The notes beneath the pieces are model-generated. The model was not told the origin of the DNA and did no database searches. It saw only the letters and a list, made by a program, of their open reading frames with translations. A stretch of DNA of 64,000 bases from Naegleria gruberi (taxonomy: Eukaryota): NCBI GenBank assembly GCA_000004985.1, contig GG738882.1. One strand, given 5' to 3'. Numbering within the stretch: the first letter of the stretch is position 1; each line of letters begins with the position of its first letter. This document shows positions 54,948 through 64,000 of the stretch, piece by piece. The translations under genes were made by a program, and so were the position numbers.

Positions 54948-55822
54948 ATGAAATTAGTGTTGTGTTCCGATTTACATTTGGAATTTAAATTGGCTCGTGT
55001 GCCACCACTGTGTCCGAGTAGTAATAATTGTGGAGAGGGAAAGATAATTGCCTTGTTGGGTGATATTGGCAAGCCTGGATTACCCACTAAGAGTTATGAA
55101 AACTTTATTGAACAATGTGTTCAGGAGTACAAGTTTGATAAGGTGTTGATAATTATTGGAAATCATGAATATTATGGAGGGTTAGTAGTAGTTTAATATT
55201 TGAAATGGGTCAAGTGATAAATGAAATTAGTGAATATTTTGAGAGAAAGAAGGAAATTAAGGAAATTGTAAATAGTTATCCATCTGAAAAGGTATATTTA
55301 TTGGATAGAGATAGTTTATTAATTGAGGAACAAGATAAAAAGATTAGAATTTTAGGATGCACCCTGTGGTCTAATGTTCCTTCGAGATATGAAAGAGACA
55401 TTTCAAGTGCTATTAATGATTATAAGGTTATTAATATTAAGGATGGTGATAAAGCACCTCGAGTTCTCACAGTTGAAGATACCAATAGATTCCACAAGGA
55501 AGATGTGGAATGGATAAAATCTCAGTTGGAAATGACTAAGGAGAACAATGAAATAGCTGTAGTATTGACACATCATGCTCCCCTCACACAAGGGACATCT
55601 CATCCAAAGCATGATTCATCCATTTATAGCTATGCCTTTTCAACTCATTTGGAATCAATAATTAAGGAAAATCCTCAAATTAGGGTTTGGGGATATGGAC
55701 ATTCACATTACACTAATTCAATTCAATGTCATCTAACACAGGTAGTTAGTAATCAACTTGGATATCGTGTAGAGTTGGATAATGTGAATGGATTTGATCC
55801 GGATTTTTCCATAGATATCTAA
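54948..55822 (+). CDS. metallophosphoesterase (calcineurin-like phosphoesterase), two exons
   Basis: Exons 54948..55180 and 55231..55822 with a 50-nt intron 55181..55230 (GG|GTTAGTAG ... GAAATTAG). The intron contains the in-frame ATG that the ORF track used for the second ORF. CDS 825 nt = 274 aa. Motifs CSDLHLE, LGDIGKPG, IGNHEYYGG, VVLTHHAP and GYGHSHY. Confidence 0.7.
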
Positions 55823-56097
55823 AGGTCATTGTGATCAACCATTTATTGAAGTTGGAATACTGTATTGATGGACTTTGGCCTAGACCATTTCACTCCGCTG
55901 GTAAAATCTTTTTGATTTGTTTTTCAATCAATTTAATTATTGAATCCTTGATTACAACATTTGAATTAGAAATGTTTTGGAGTGTGGTTATATCCAATCA
56001 TTTCTGGAATGCACAATAATTCGTGGCATTACAAAATGGCAACGTTGCGAACAGTTAAATTCACAAAGTTAGTGGAGAGATCAACACCCAAAAAAAA

Positions 56098-57912
56098 ATG
56101 GAAGAAACAGTTCTAATCAATGGCAATAGAAAGGCCAACTCTTTATCCACTCCGTTTGCAAAGGGAAAATGTGTCTTCTTCACCTTTTCAGCTGTTGGAG
56201 TCTTGTTGTGTGTCATTAGTTCTTTGGTGTTAAATTCGATCATTTTCAACATGTTGAACGGATCAAATTCTCATCAAGTAATTTCCTATAATTCTACAGA
56301 GTTTCCTTCCCTGACTGTCCAACATGTAGCTTCTGAATTAATCAAAAAGGGACAACCTGTTGGTACTTGTTCTTATGATCTTGGTAAAGTTTGTCCAATT
56401 GAGTTGCGCAGAGTACTTGACTCTATTTTACAAACCTTGAAGACAACCCAATCCAATTCTGAATTGATTTCACATGTTAGCGATGTTTCCATGTCATTAT
56501 CAATTTTGATTCAACACATCAAACAAGGAAATTCTCAAAAGATTATTTTCAATGGAATTGTTTCAAACTTTCCAATAGTTTACTATTCTATTGAATCGGT
56601 TGACATTTTACAAGCAATTGGAGAGAAACCATTGGAAGTCAACGAAAGTTTCAAACTGATGGGTGCTAAAATTATTTACTACGAAGCAGATGATGATGAA
56701 GCAACCTCTAGAAGTGTTGTAACATTTGTTAGATCTAGTCCAACAAATGAGGGAACATTCCTTCATCAATTTAAAACAGTTCTCCTTACAATCAATCAAA
56801 ATCAGTTGAAATCTACCATTAATGTTGATAATTCAACTGTTGGATTCAATATTGACTCAAATTTGAAGGTTGATGATGAATTTAATGTGAAATATTTCAG
56901 TATTGGAATGACTGACAGTGATTCACCAGTAATTACACTTTATTTCAACTCTGTTTCAAAAGGATGCCAAGCATCTGTCATCTCTGTACAAAATAACAAG
57001 TTAAATACACTCAATTCTTTACAACAAGGTCCTACAAATGTTGGTTGTAATACTGGTTTGAAGAGTTTCACCTACGATTCGAATACCATTTTGATTTTAT
57101 CTGCATTTTCATTGGCTGCCATTACTGTTAACTCACAAAGTGGTGCTCTCACAACAAAATCTCTCAGATTTAGTTACACTTCTTATAGAGGTTTAGAATT
57201 TCAACGTAAAATTAGTATTAACTTTATTGGAAATGATATGAAACCTAAAAAGGGACAAGTAAGGTCTTCCAAATTCTTTATCATCTATTCCAATGAAGCA
57301 AATGGTTTCAGTCAAGTCATGCCAATAACATTTAACGGAAATGAGTTCGACACTGCAAGAATTATTCCATTCTCCAAATCAATGAAGAATATTCAAGGCA
57401 CATACTTTGATACCTCAAATATCAATTTAATTTTCCAACAAGATGATGAATACAAGTCCATGAAAGTCACCTTCACCAATGAAAAGGAACAATCAAGTGG
57501 AAATACCTATTTAATTGAAACTCCAATTGAGGGAATTGAATTATCTTTGAAATCTATTTCACCATTGGATTGGTTAATTAGAGCACCACCAACCAGTTTA
57601 TCAGACAACTTTATTATCTCTTTACTTGTCGATCCAAATAGTTTAGATTTCCAATTAGGTCAAATGTCTTCATTGAGTACAGTTAATTTTATTGGATTAG
57701 CTCTTCAAGATGCCAAGTCAGGAGATAAATTGCATATTATGAGTGAGGGATTGACACCATTAGGAACCTTTGATAATGATCAACTCATTCCAGGAATGGA
57801 ATATTATGTTTCGGGTTCAAATGGTATTTCTCTTGAACCTTCCTCTTCTAGTGAATTAAAGGTTGGAAAGGCAATTTCATCCAGTCAATTAATCATTTAC
57901 AAACGCTCTTAG
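56098..57912 (+). CDS. hypothetical type II membrane protein with large S/T/N-rich extracytoplasmic domain
   Basis: 604-aa single ORF with ATG start. Short basic N-terminus, a signal-anchor helix (VFFTFSAVGVLLCVISSLVLNSIIF), then ~550 residues with many NxS/T sequons and no recognised domain. Confidence 0.45.
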   Translation: MEETVLINGNRKANSLSTPFAKGKCVFFTFSAVGVLLCVISSLVLNSIIFNMLNGSNSHQVISYNSTEFPSLTVQHVASELIKKGQPVGTCSYDLGKVCPIELRRVLDSILQTLKTTQSNSELISHVSDVSMSLSILIQHIKQGNSQKIIFNGIVSNFPIVYYSIESVDILQAIGEKPLEVNESFKLMGAKIIYYEADDDEATSRSVVTFVRSSPTNEGTFLHQFKTVLLTINQNQLKSTINVDNSTVGFNIDSNLKVDDEFNVKYFSIGMTDSDSPVITLYFNSVSKGCQASVISVQNNKLNTLNSLQQGPTNVGCNTGLKSFTYDSNTILILSAFSLAAITVNSQSGALTTKSLRFSYTSYRGLEFQRKISINFIGNDMKPKKGQVRSSKFFIIYSNEANGFSQVMPITFNGNEFDTARIIPFSKSMKNIQGTYFDTSNINLIFQQDDEYKSMKVTFTNEKEQSSGNTYLIETPIEGIELSLKSISPLDWLIRAPPTSLSDNFIISLLVDPNSLDFQLGQMSSLSTVNFIGLALQDAKSGDKLHIMSEGLTPLGTFDNDQLIPGMEYYVSGSNGISLEPSSSSELKVGKAISSSQLIIYKRS

Positions 57913-57986
57913 TAATAATAACAAAATAAACAATTCAAATTCAAGCAAGAATTTCAATATTGTAAAATATTAAAAAATCAAAAAAA

Positions 57987-58812
57987 ATGCAAACACAGCG
58001 ATCATCACTCACCAACTCGTCATCATCGGCGATTGATCATCATGATGGAAATTCTCGTAGTACTACCACGGAAAAAAATCAATGTATGGAAGAGTTAAAA
58101 GTTGTTGATATCTATGATTATACTTTTATAAAGTGGACAAAGAAGAATCCACAAGTAGAGAAGGATAAATCTGTTCCTGAAAGATTGAAAAGATTGGAAA
58201 ATAATTATCTTACGCACGGAATGAAGAGAACAGTGGAGGCAGCTATTGCTGTTAATATACATGGTCATCCTCATATTATGTTATTGAGGATAGGAAATAG
58301 TCAAAAAGGTTTTCATAAATTGCCTGGAGGAAGATGTAGAAGAGATGAAACTGAAGAAGAATGTTTGAAGAGAAAATTAACTAAAAGACTTGCACCAGAA
58401 GATCCGAACGAAATAATGCCAGAATGGATAGTTCATGGAGTTGTTTCTGTTTGGTATAGACCTAATTTTGAAAATTCATTTGTATGTTATTGTAATAATT
58501 TGAAATTAAATCCCAATTTTCATTCACTTGTTATAGTATCCATATTTACCAGCCCACATAACAAAACCTAAAGAAAGAAAATTAATTTATCTAGTCACTA
58601 TTCCAGAATGTAAGTCAATCATGAAAATTTATCGAAAAATTAACTAATTCTCAATGTTAATAGGTACCATAGCATACCCAAGAAATTACGATTTTATTCC
58701 AATGCCATTCTTTGATCTTTATGAAAACTCTAAGAAATTTGGATCTATCATTAGTAGTTTGCCTCAAGTAATAAGCAAATTTGAGTTTAATTACATCTAT
58801 AAAGAGAAATAA
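57987..58812 (+). CDS. cleavage factor Im 25 kDa subunit (NUDT21/CPSF5)
   Basis: Three exons 57987..58481, 58537..58609 and 58664..58812 (GTATGT and GTAAGT donors; introns 55 and 54 nt). CDS 717 nt = 238 aa. Blocks HGHPHIMLLRIGNSQKGFHKLPGG (the Nudix-like region), WYRPNFE, YPYLPAHITKPKE and FIPMPFFDLYENSKKFGSIISSLPQVISKFEFNY. Confidence 0.8.
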
Positions 58813-58824
58813 TTTATTACACAC

Positions 58825-60366
58825 TTAGTACTTTTTCTTTCCAAAGAGATTGGAAATGTAGAATTTTGTTCCTTCTTCATCTTCAGGTGGCACTTGTGTA
58901 TCATCTTCTTTGTAAATCTTAATTGACTTATCGGCACAACCTGTAATTAATCTCGATCCACTTCTATCAAATTTACATGACAATACTGCTGATTCAGAAT
59001 CAAGAGAACCAGCTTGAGGAATATTCTTAGTTCTACTAAAATGGTGACCGGTCTTCCAATCCCAGAAATCGAGGTGACCATTATCATCTGCACAAACCAT
59101 TACACCATCACTATTTACATCCATAGAGTGAACAATAACATCCTCCTCATTACCCTCATAGGAGAGCATAAATTTACCTTCTGGACATTTCCATTTTCTT
59201 ACACTATCTGGGGAAGCACTTGCAAATGTATATTCTGTTGGGTGAAGTGCAAGACTTCTTACTGATTTCTTGTGGTGTGTCAGTGTGGTACGAGTAGTTC
59301 CCTTCTTTAAATCCCACAATCTAATTGTTGCATCACTGGAACCAGTTATTATTTGTGGTTCATGTTCTTGCCCAAGAATTGAAGTTACTGTATTATTGTG
59401 TCCAGTTAAAAGGAATATTTCTCTAGTTGTTCTGATATCCCAGATACGGCAACTGCTGTCTCTTCCTCCTGTTGCCAAAATATCCAATGATGGGTGCAAT
59501 GCACAGCTGTAAATACCACTCAAGTGACCTCTATATTGTCTAATACATTTGTTTGTTTCCAAATCCCAACATTTAACACTCTTATCTTCTCCTACAGAAA
59601 ATAAATAAGGTGATCTTGCTGAAACAGCCAAACCTCTAACAGTAGATGCATGACCAGATAATGTTAATTTCAATTCACCTGATGCTAAATCAAATATTTT
59701 GATAGTTCTATCATTAGATCCTGTCACAAACCATTCATTACTAACATCCACAGCAAGAGTTCTAACCCAACCATGATGGCCAGTAATGACCTTGGTGAGC
59801 TTCCAGTTTGGATGCCACTGAGGTTTTTGTTCAATTTCTTTTCTTCTTCGTTTTTCTTGTAAAATTAATGACTTGGTAAGTTCGTCCTTTCCTTCAAGTG
59901 AATAATATGGATTATCAAAAGCAACAACTGCTGTTTGTGAATCCTCAACTCGTTGACTTTGATTCATAATTGTATTATTTAATGTACTAATTTGACGTTC
60001 ATTACTATCGTCGTATAATTGGAGTGCCCTAGATGATGAATTATCGGATGTTGAATTATTAGAAACTTGTTCATGTTTTCTCTTGTTTAAAAGTGTTTGC
60101 TCCTTTTGAGGTTCCAAAGTCTTGATAACCTTGTTAATTTTCCTACTCAATAAATTATTTGATTGATGATCAGTCCTTTTAGAAGTACAGAAATTATACA
60201 TTCTCATCCTAATTGACATTGGATCAACTGTAGGATATAAAGAATCCACTATCGATGAATCATAATTTCCAAATAATTTCTGTGCTTGCTCCGATCGAAG
60301 ATTAATCCTAGCCTGGAGCGCCTTCAGTGTTCCTTCCTCTTTACCATCACGATCATTAATAGACAT
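58825..60366 (-). CDS. pleiotropic regulator 1 (PLRG1/Prp46) WD40 splicing factor
   Basis: 513-aa single [27 protein letters not shown] and seven WD repeats with [28 protein letters not shown] and IRLWDLKKG. Confidence 0.85.
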   Translation of the reverse strand: MSINDRDGKEEGTLKALQARINLRSEQAQKLFGNYDSSIVDSLYPTVDPMSIRMRMYNFCTSKRTDHQSNNLLSRKINKVIKTLEPQKEQTLLNKRKHEQVSNNSTSDNSSSRALQLYDDSNERQISTLNNTIMNQSQRVEDSQTAVVAFDNPYYSLEGKDELTKSLILQEKRRRKEIEQKPQWHPNWKLTKVITGHHGWVRTLAVDVSNEWFVTGSNDRTIKIFDLASGELKLTLSGHASTVRGLAVSARSPYLFSVGEDKSVKCWDLETNKCIRQYRGHLSGIYSCALHPSLDILATGGRDSSCRIWDIRTTREIFLLTGHNNTVTSILGQEHEPQIITGSSDATIRLWDLKKGTTRTTLTHHKKSVRSLALHPTEYTFASASPDSVRKWKCPEGKFMLSYEGNEEDVIVHSMDVNSDGVMVCADDNGHLDFWDWKTGHHFSRTKNIPQAGSLDSESAVLSCKFDRSGSRLITGCADKSIKIYKEDDTQVPPEDEEGTKFYISNLFGKKKY

Positions 60367-60583
60367 TTTTTAAATTTTTATTTTTGTATTATTTAATATT
60401 TTATAATTATTGAAGGTGCAGAGAAAGTTTGTTGTTCACTACATATTCTTCTTCAAATAGGAAAAGTAACAAGAGCAAACAAGGAGAGTAAAATTCTCTA
60501 CCGTTCACAAAGGCACTTTTGGGAATAAATTAAGTCGTGTTGAAGTTGTTGTTGTAGTGGATGTTGAATAGCAGCAGCAGTCA

Positions 60584-61122
60584 TTTACTTGGATCTAGAG
60601 GAATTATTCTTGTTAGGAGAGGTTGAGGATGATGATTTCTTATTTTGGTTTGTGGATGATGGTCTTTGAATTGTTCTTGGAGTTGGTGGTGGATTTGGAG
60701 TATTAGTTGAAGTCGACGGTGGTTTTTTCTGTTGCTGTTGTCGTTGTTGTTTTAGCTTCTTTCTGAAGACTTCATCTGCGGAGAGGATTTGTTTTTTCCT
60801 AGCTTCTCTCTGCTCTAGATCCTTATTGGCAATGATAAAACTTTGTTTTAATCTTTCTTTCCGTATTGTTTTCTTGTCCTTCTTTTGTTTTATCTGTTGT
60901 TTGATGTGATTCTATTGTTTCAATAAATTATTTGTGAATAAGCAAAACTATGAAATCAAAGTATCAAATACTAACCATCTTAGCTATCTTTTGTACTTTT
61001 TCAGTATTTCTCTTCTCTAAAATCCTATCGGCAATTTCCGATGCCTTATCCTTCTTCTCCTCTCTTGTTGTCTTGCTCTCATTATTTGATGAGTAGGATT
61101 TCTTTGATGATGGCTTCGTCAT
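60584..61122 (-). CDS. small Lys/Arg-rich basic protein, two exons (coordinates approximate, +/-1 nt)
   Basis: Exon 1 about 60976..61122 (MTKPSSKKSYSSNNESKTTREEKKDKASEIADRILEKRNTEKVQKIAKM, donor ATG|GTTAGT), a ~64-nt intron, then exon 2 about 60584..60911 (NHIKQQIKQKKDKKTIRKERLK...PPPTPRTIQRPSS...SRSK). About 157 aa; family not recognised. Confidence 0.45.
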
Positions 61123-61246
61123 TTTTTTAGAAGATAAATAAAATCAAGAGCAGTTACAAAAAAATTGTTACTCAACTTGTTGAATTCAACAATAAACAAC
61201 AAGAAAATTTGGCCAATGTGGTACAAGTGAAATAAATTGTTTTTTT

Positions 61247-63793
61247 TTATTCACTGAGGACTTTGCAAGCCTCTTCCATTTCTTTCAACTCTGAAATGTA
61301 GGCCTTACTTTTTTCTTCCCAGTCCTTTAATGTTGCGTCTTCGACAATATCCAAATCAAAATCTCCTAAACCTGGAGTATTAAATCGATAGTAGTAAATA
61401 TCTCTTGTTTCTTTCATTAATTCCACTTGTGTTAACATTTGCTTGTGTTGTTTTTCTGAACTTAGTTGCAAATCAACGAGTCCATAAATTTGTGCCAGAT
61501 TCTTCTTTACATTTCCTAAAATACCTGTCGATTGTTTTGGCTTATTCTTTGGACTTGAATCATTGACGAAATTCAATTCTTCTTCCATTGATGCTTGAGG
61601 AGTTGTTGCATTCTCTTGACTTTTCTTTAAACCTGTACCAATAGATACAAAGATGAATTTCGAATGGTCCGGCCATATCTGCTTGGCTTCGAATGCCGAT
61701 ACTACAGAAGGATTATTATTTACACAAGCACCATCAACGAAAGCTCTCTCACCCATATTCATTTCCTTAAAATATAATGGAGCTGCTGATGTACATCTGA
61801 GAGCTTTGTAATCATGAATGAAATTTCCGTGAATTGTTCCAAGGTAAAAATCTGGATGTTTCCTCTTATTGTCTGGGAATCTCCAAGGATCTGAATAGGA
61901 TCTAAATATGAAAGGTGTAGATTCAGCATGCATTAACAAGTCATTATAAAATTCTTGTTCAACACCTTCCACAGGATTATTGGTATGAGTTCTCATAACG
62001 ACTTTCTTAGTATCTTCACTCAAAGGTGTGAGTGTTGATAGGGCAAACCACATTGGTATTCTATCTGGGCTATTATTAATGTATTTTGTACCCACAAACT
62101 TTTTGAAAAACATTTCCAATTGCTTTTCATCATACCATGCCTTTCCCTTCATGGTCATAAGAGTTTTTGTTACACTAATATTTCCTTCCATTTTGAAAAT
62201 TTGTTTTCCGAGTTGATGATAAATCTTTTTACATTCCTCACAAGTTAACCCAATTTGGAAAAGTTTGGCAAGAATTGCACCTGTCGAAGTACCACAAATC
62301 AAATCAAATATTTCACACATTTTCTTTTGCAATCTCTTTTCCATTTCCTCACAAATTGAAATCAAATTCAATCCTTTGATACCACCTCCATCCAAAATTA
62401 GAACATTAATTGCTTTGTCTTTTGGTTTAAGTGATCGGATTTGGTTATAGTCAGTTAAAGGTGGCTTTGTAATATGGTATGAAATGAATGGATTGTTTTT
62501 CAAAAATACAGGCTCTGGTATACAACCCACAGAATTTTCATTAATGATATAAGATGACAATTTCATAATAGGATCTAATTCTAATTGATAGTAGTGATTA
62601 AACCAACACTTTCTATCCAAGTTCTTCAAAAATACATAATCAAAAGGATATGTATCCTTAAAATCTGGAATTACTTCCAAAATGTTGGACAAAATCAAGT
62701 GTAACTGCTTGTATGAAACTATGAGCAGTGAGTCAGATTTCCAATTCTTCTCTTTTTTTAACTTTTTAAAAACATCTTTCGGAACCGTATATTTAAAAAG
62801 TGGGATTTCCCATTCTGGCATTTCATCAATATCGATATATTTCTTCTTCTTAGTTTGCTCTTCTTTTTCTTTCTGCAGCTCTGCATCACTGTAATCCCCA
62901 CCTAAATATTTACTTCTATAGTAATAATATACATTCCAAAACTCTTCAATTGAGGGTATTATTGTTGGGAATTCTTTAAAAATCTTTTTTGATCCTAAAA
63001 GTGAAAATATATCCATTACGAATCGTATACTATTGATAGATATTAAATCAAAATATCGAGATGAATTATATTGTGACACCACTCGCACAATTCCTTCTAT
63101 CATTACCTTGGTAGTGAGTTTTCTATCGACAGGAATTTTAAATCTCTTAGATGCTAAACTGGATTTGGACTCATGTGCAGAGGATGCAGTTTTTTCAATG
63201 AGATAAACCAATGAATCCTCAAAGAAGCATAATACTAGACCAAATATTCTCACAGCAAATCTTACATGTGAAAAGTAATCAGTTTTTAAATTGGTTACTT
63301 CTGTTATTTTGATGAGATCATCATGATCTGCCAATCTCACTGATGCACGTTTAAAATTGCCACTGTTCAAGGAGACAGACAATCTATTATCTTGATAATT
63401 CAAATTTGATGAAGAGGTAATAACTTCATCTGATAACACTTCAGGAATTGGCCTTGCTGGTAGTACTATTTTCCAATTATCAAAATCATCAACATCTAAC
63501 AGTATCAGTTCTAAATCGATAAATTGCTCCGACGAGACATCATCTGTGCAATTCAACAGGTGTGTTTTCACATCGGAGAGAAAGAATTTTGCAAAGTTGG
63601 AATAGTAATAATCGTTATTTTCAACAACTTCAAAATCGTGATCGTCCCCTTCACTAATTCTTGTCTGTAGATTATTTAATTTGTTCATCCACTTCCTCAT
63701 TACAATACTCTTCGAAACCTTTTCATAGATGGTTTCATAATCACTGAGTCCAACACTGGCAAGTGAAGATGACTGAGAACCGCTCTTGAACAT
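61247..63793 (-). CDS. patatin-like phospholipase domain protein (iPLA2/PNPLA-like)
   Basis: 848-aa single ORF. Patatin motifs ILDGGGIKGL (oxyanion), CGTSTGAIL (GxSxG nucleophile) and FVDGACVNNNP (catalytic Asp), after a ~440-aa N-terminal region of unknown function. Confidence 0.8.
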   Translation of the reverse strand: MFKSGSQSSSLASVGLSDYETIYEKVSKSIVMRKWMNKLNNLQTRISEGDDHDFEVVENNDYYYSNFAKFFLSDVKTHLLNCTDDVSSEQFIDLELILLDVDDFDNWKIVLPARPIPEVLSDEVITSSSNLNYQDNRLSVSLNSGNFKRASVRLADHDDLIKITEVTNLKTDYFSHVRFAVRIFGLVLCFFEDSLVYLIEKTASSAHESKSSLASKRFKIPVDRKLTTKVMIEGIVRVVSQYNSSRYFDLISINSIRFVMDIFSLLGSKKIFKEFPTIIPSIEEFWNVYYYYRSKYLGGDYSDAELQKEKEEQTKKKKYIDIDEMPEWEIPLFKYTVPKDVFKKLKKEKNWKSDSLLIVSYKQLHLILSNILEVIPDFKDTYPFDYVFLKNLDRKCWFNHYYQLELDPIMKLSSYIINENSVGCIPEPVFLKNNPFISYHITKPPLTDYNQIRSLKPKDKAINVLILDGGGIKGLNLISICEEMEKRLQKKMCEIFDLICGTSTGAILAKLFQIGLTCEECKKIYHQLGKQIFKMEGNISVTKTLMTMKGKAWYDEKQLEMFFKKFVGTKYINNSPDRIPMWFALSTLTPLSEDTKKVVMRTHTNNPVEGVEQEFYNDLLMHAESTPFIFRSYSDPWRFPDNKRKHPDFYLGTIHGNFIHDYKALRCTSAAPLYFKEMNMGERAFVDGACVNNNPSVVSAFEAKQIWPDHSKFIFVSIGTGLKKSQENATTPQASMEEELNFVNDSSPKNKPKQSTGILGNVKKNLAQIYGLVDLQLSSEKQHKQMLTQVELMKETRDIYYYRFNTPGLGDFDLDIVEDATLKDWEEKSKAYISELKEMEEACKVLSE

Positions 63794-64000
63794 ATTGAAA
63801 ATATGGGAAATATGTGAAGATTATTGTTTGATTACTATCAATTGTTTCCAAGAAAGAGAATTGGAAAAGACTAGTTGGAGAAGAGAGGTTGTTTTTTTTA
63901 CTGTGTTGTTATTTTCTGTCCTTTCCAGCAATGTGAGGATGAAATAGAAGGTTGCACAAATAAGTGTGTAGCACTCAATAATTGGTGAAACAGTGAAAAT

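Noticed and set aside
54270-55195. Shared 18 of 20 nt (T(T/A)TTATGGAGGGTTAGTAGT) at the exon-intron junctions of the two adjacent metallophosphoesterase genes, as possible evidence of a recent duplication or shared intron
   Set aside because: The flanking protein motifs differ (before motif II in one gene, after motif III in the other). GTTAGTA is a recurrent donor variant in this window (also at 60975), and YGG is a short match. Judged coincidence.

Overview
This window is AT-rich eukaryotic nuclear DNA, and it is compact: about 45 protein-coding genes on both strands in 64 kb, with many head-to-head gene pairs 140-300 bp apart. Introns are few and short, 38-90 nt, with GTAAGT, GTATGT, GTTAGT, GTAAAT or GTGAGT donors and pyrimidine-rich acceptors. 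Introns commonly split genes that the ORF track shows as adjacent ORFs in different frames; for about 20 genes I reconstructed splice models whose total CDS length is a multiple of three. The ORF track also uses non-ATG starts (TTG, GTG), so some reported starts are not real.

Genes I recognise:
- Redox and membrane: an NADPH oxidase, a copper nitrite reductase (NirK), a V-type H+-pyrophosphatase, a Ca-dependent apyrase (CANT1-like), an acid-sphingomyelinase-like phosphodiesterase and a second metallophosphoesterase.
- Nucleic-acid handling: a SMARCAL1-like SNF2 annealing helicase, an SMG1-type PIKK, NUDT21/CFIm25, PLRG1/Prp46 and ESS2/DGCR14.
- Cytoskeleton, motors and trafficking: SCAR/WAVE, KIFBP, a divergent actin-related protein, UCH37, a cytoplasmic dynein intermediate chain, a LAMTOR5-like protein, a SHIPPO-repeat flagellar-type protein and BORCS5/myrlysin.
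- Signalling and lipid: an AGC kinase, a PFA-DSP-like phosphatase, a patatin-like phospholipase, a 4'-phosphopantetheinyl transferase and a PPPDE-like peptidase.
- Two tRNA genes (Phe-GAA, Arg-UCU), each with a pol III T-tract terminator.

The most unusual feature is the NADPH oxidase: it carries a canonical SH3 domain inside its NADPH-binding region. Other points worth a second look:
- A membrane-anchored eukaryotic NirK sits next to the NADPH oxidase.
- The V-PPase has a signal-peptide exon and an extra N-terminal domain.
- The actin-related protein has a SHOCT-like C-terminal tail.
- The PFA-DSP phosphatase has lost its P-loop arginine.
- There is a homogenised 51-nt coding tandem repeat.
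- A 2.6 kb stretch (36.7-39.3 kb) has only fragmentary exons.

Gene content (flagellar and dynein genes, NirK, V-PPase) plus the intron style suggest a free-living flagellated or amoeboid protist, but this is inference only.
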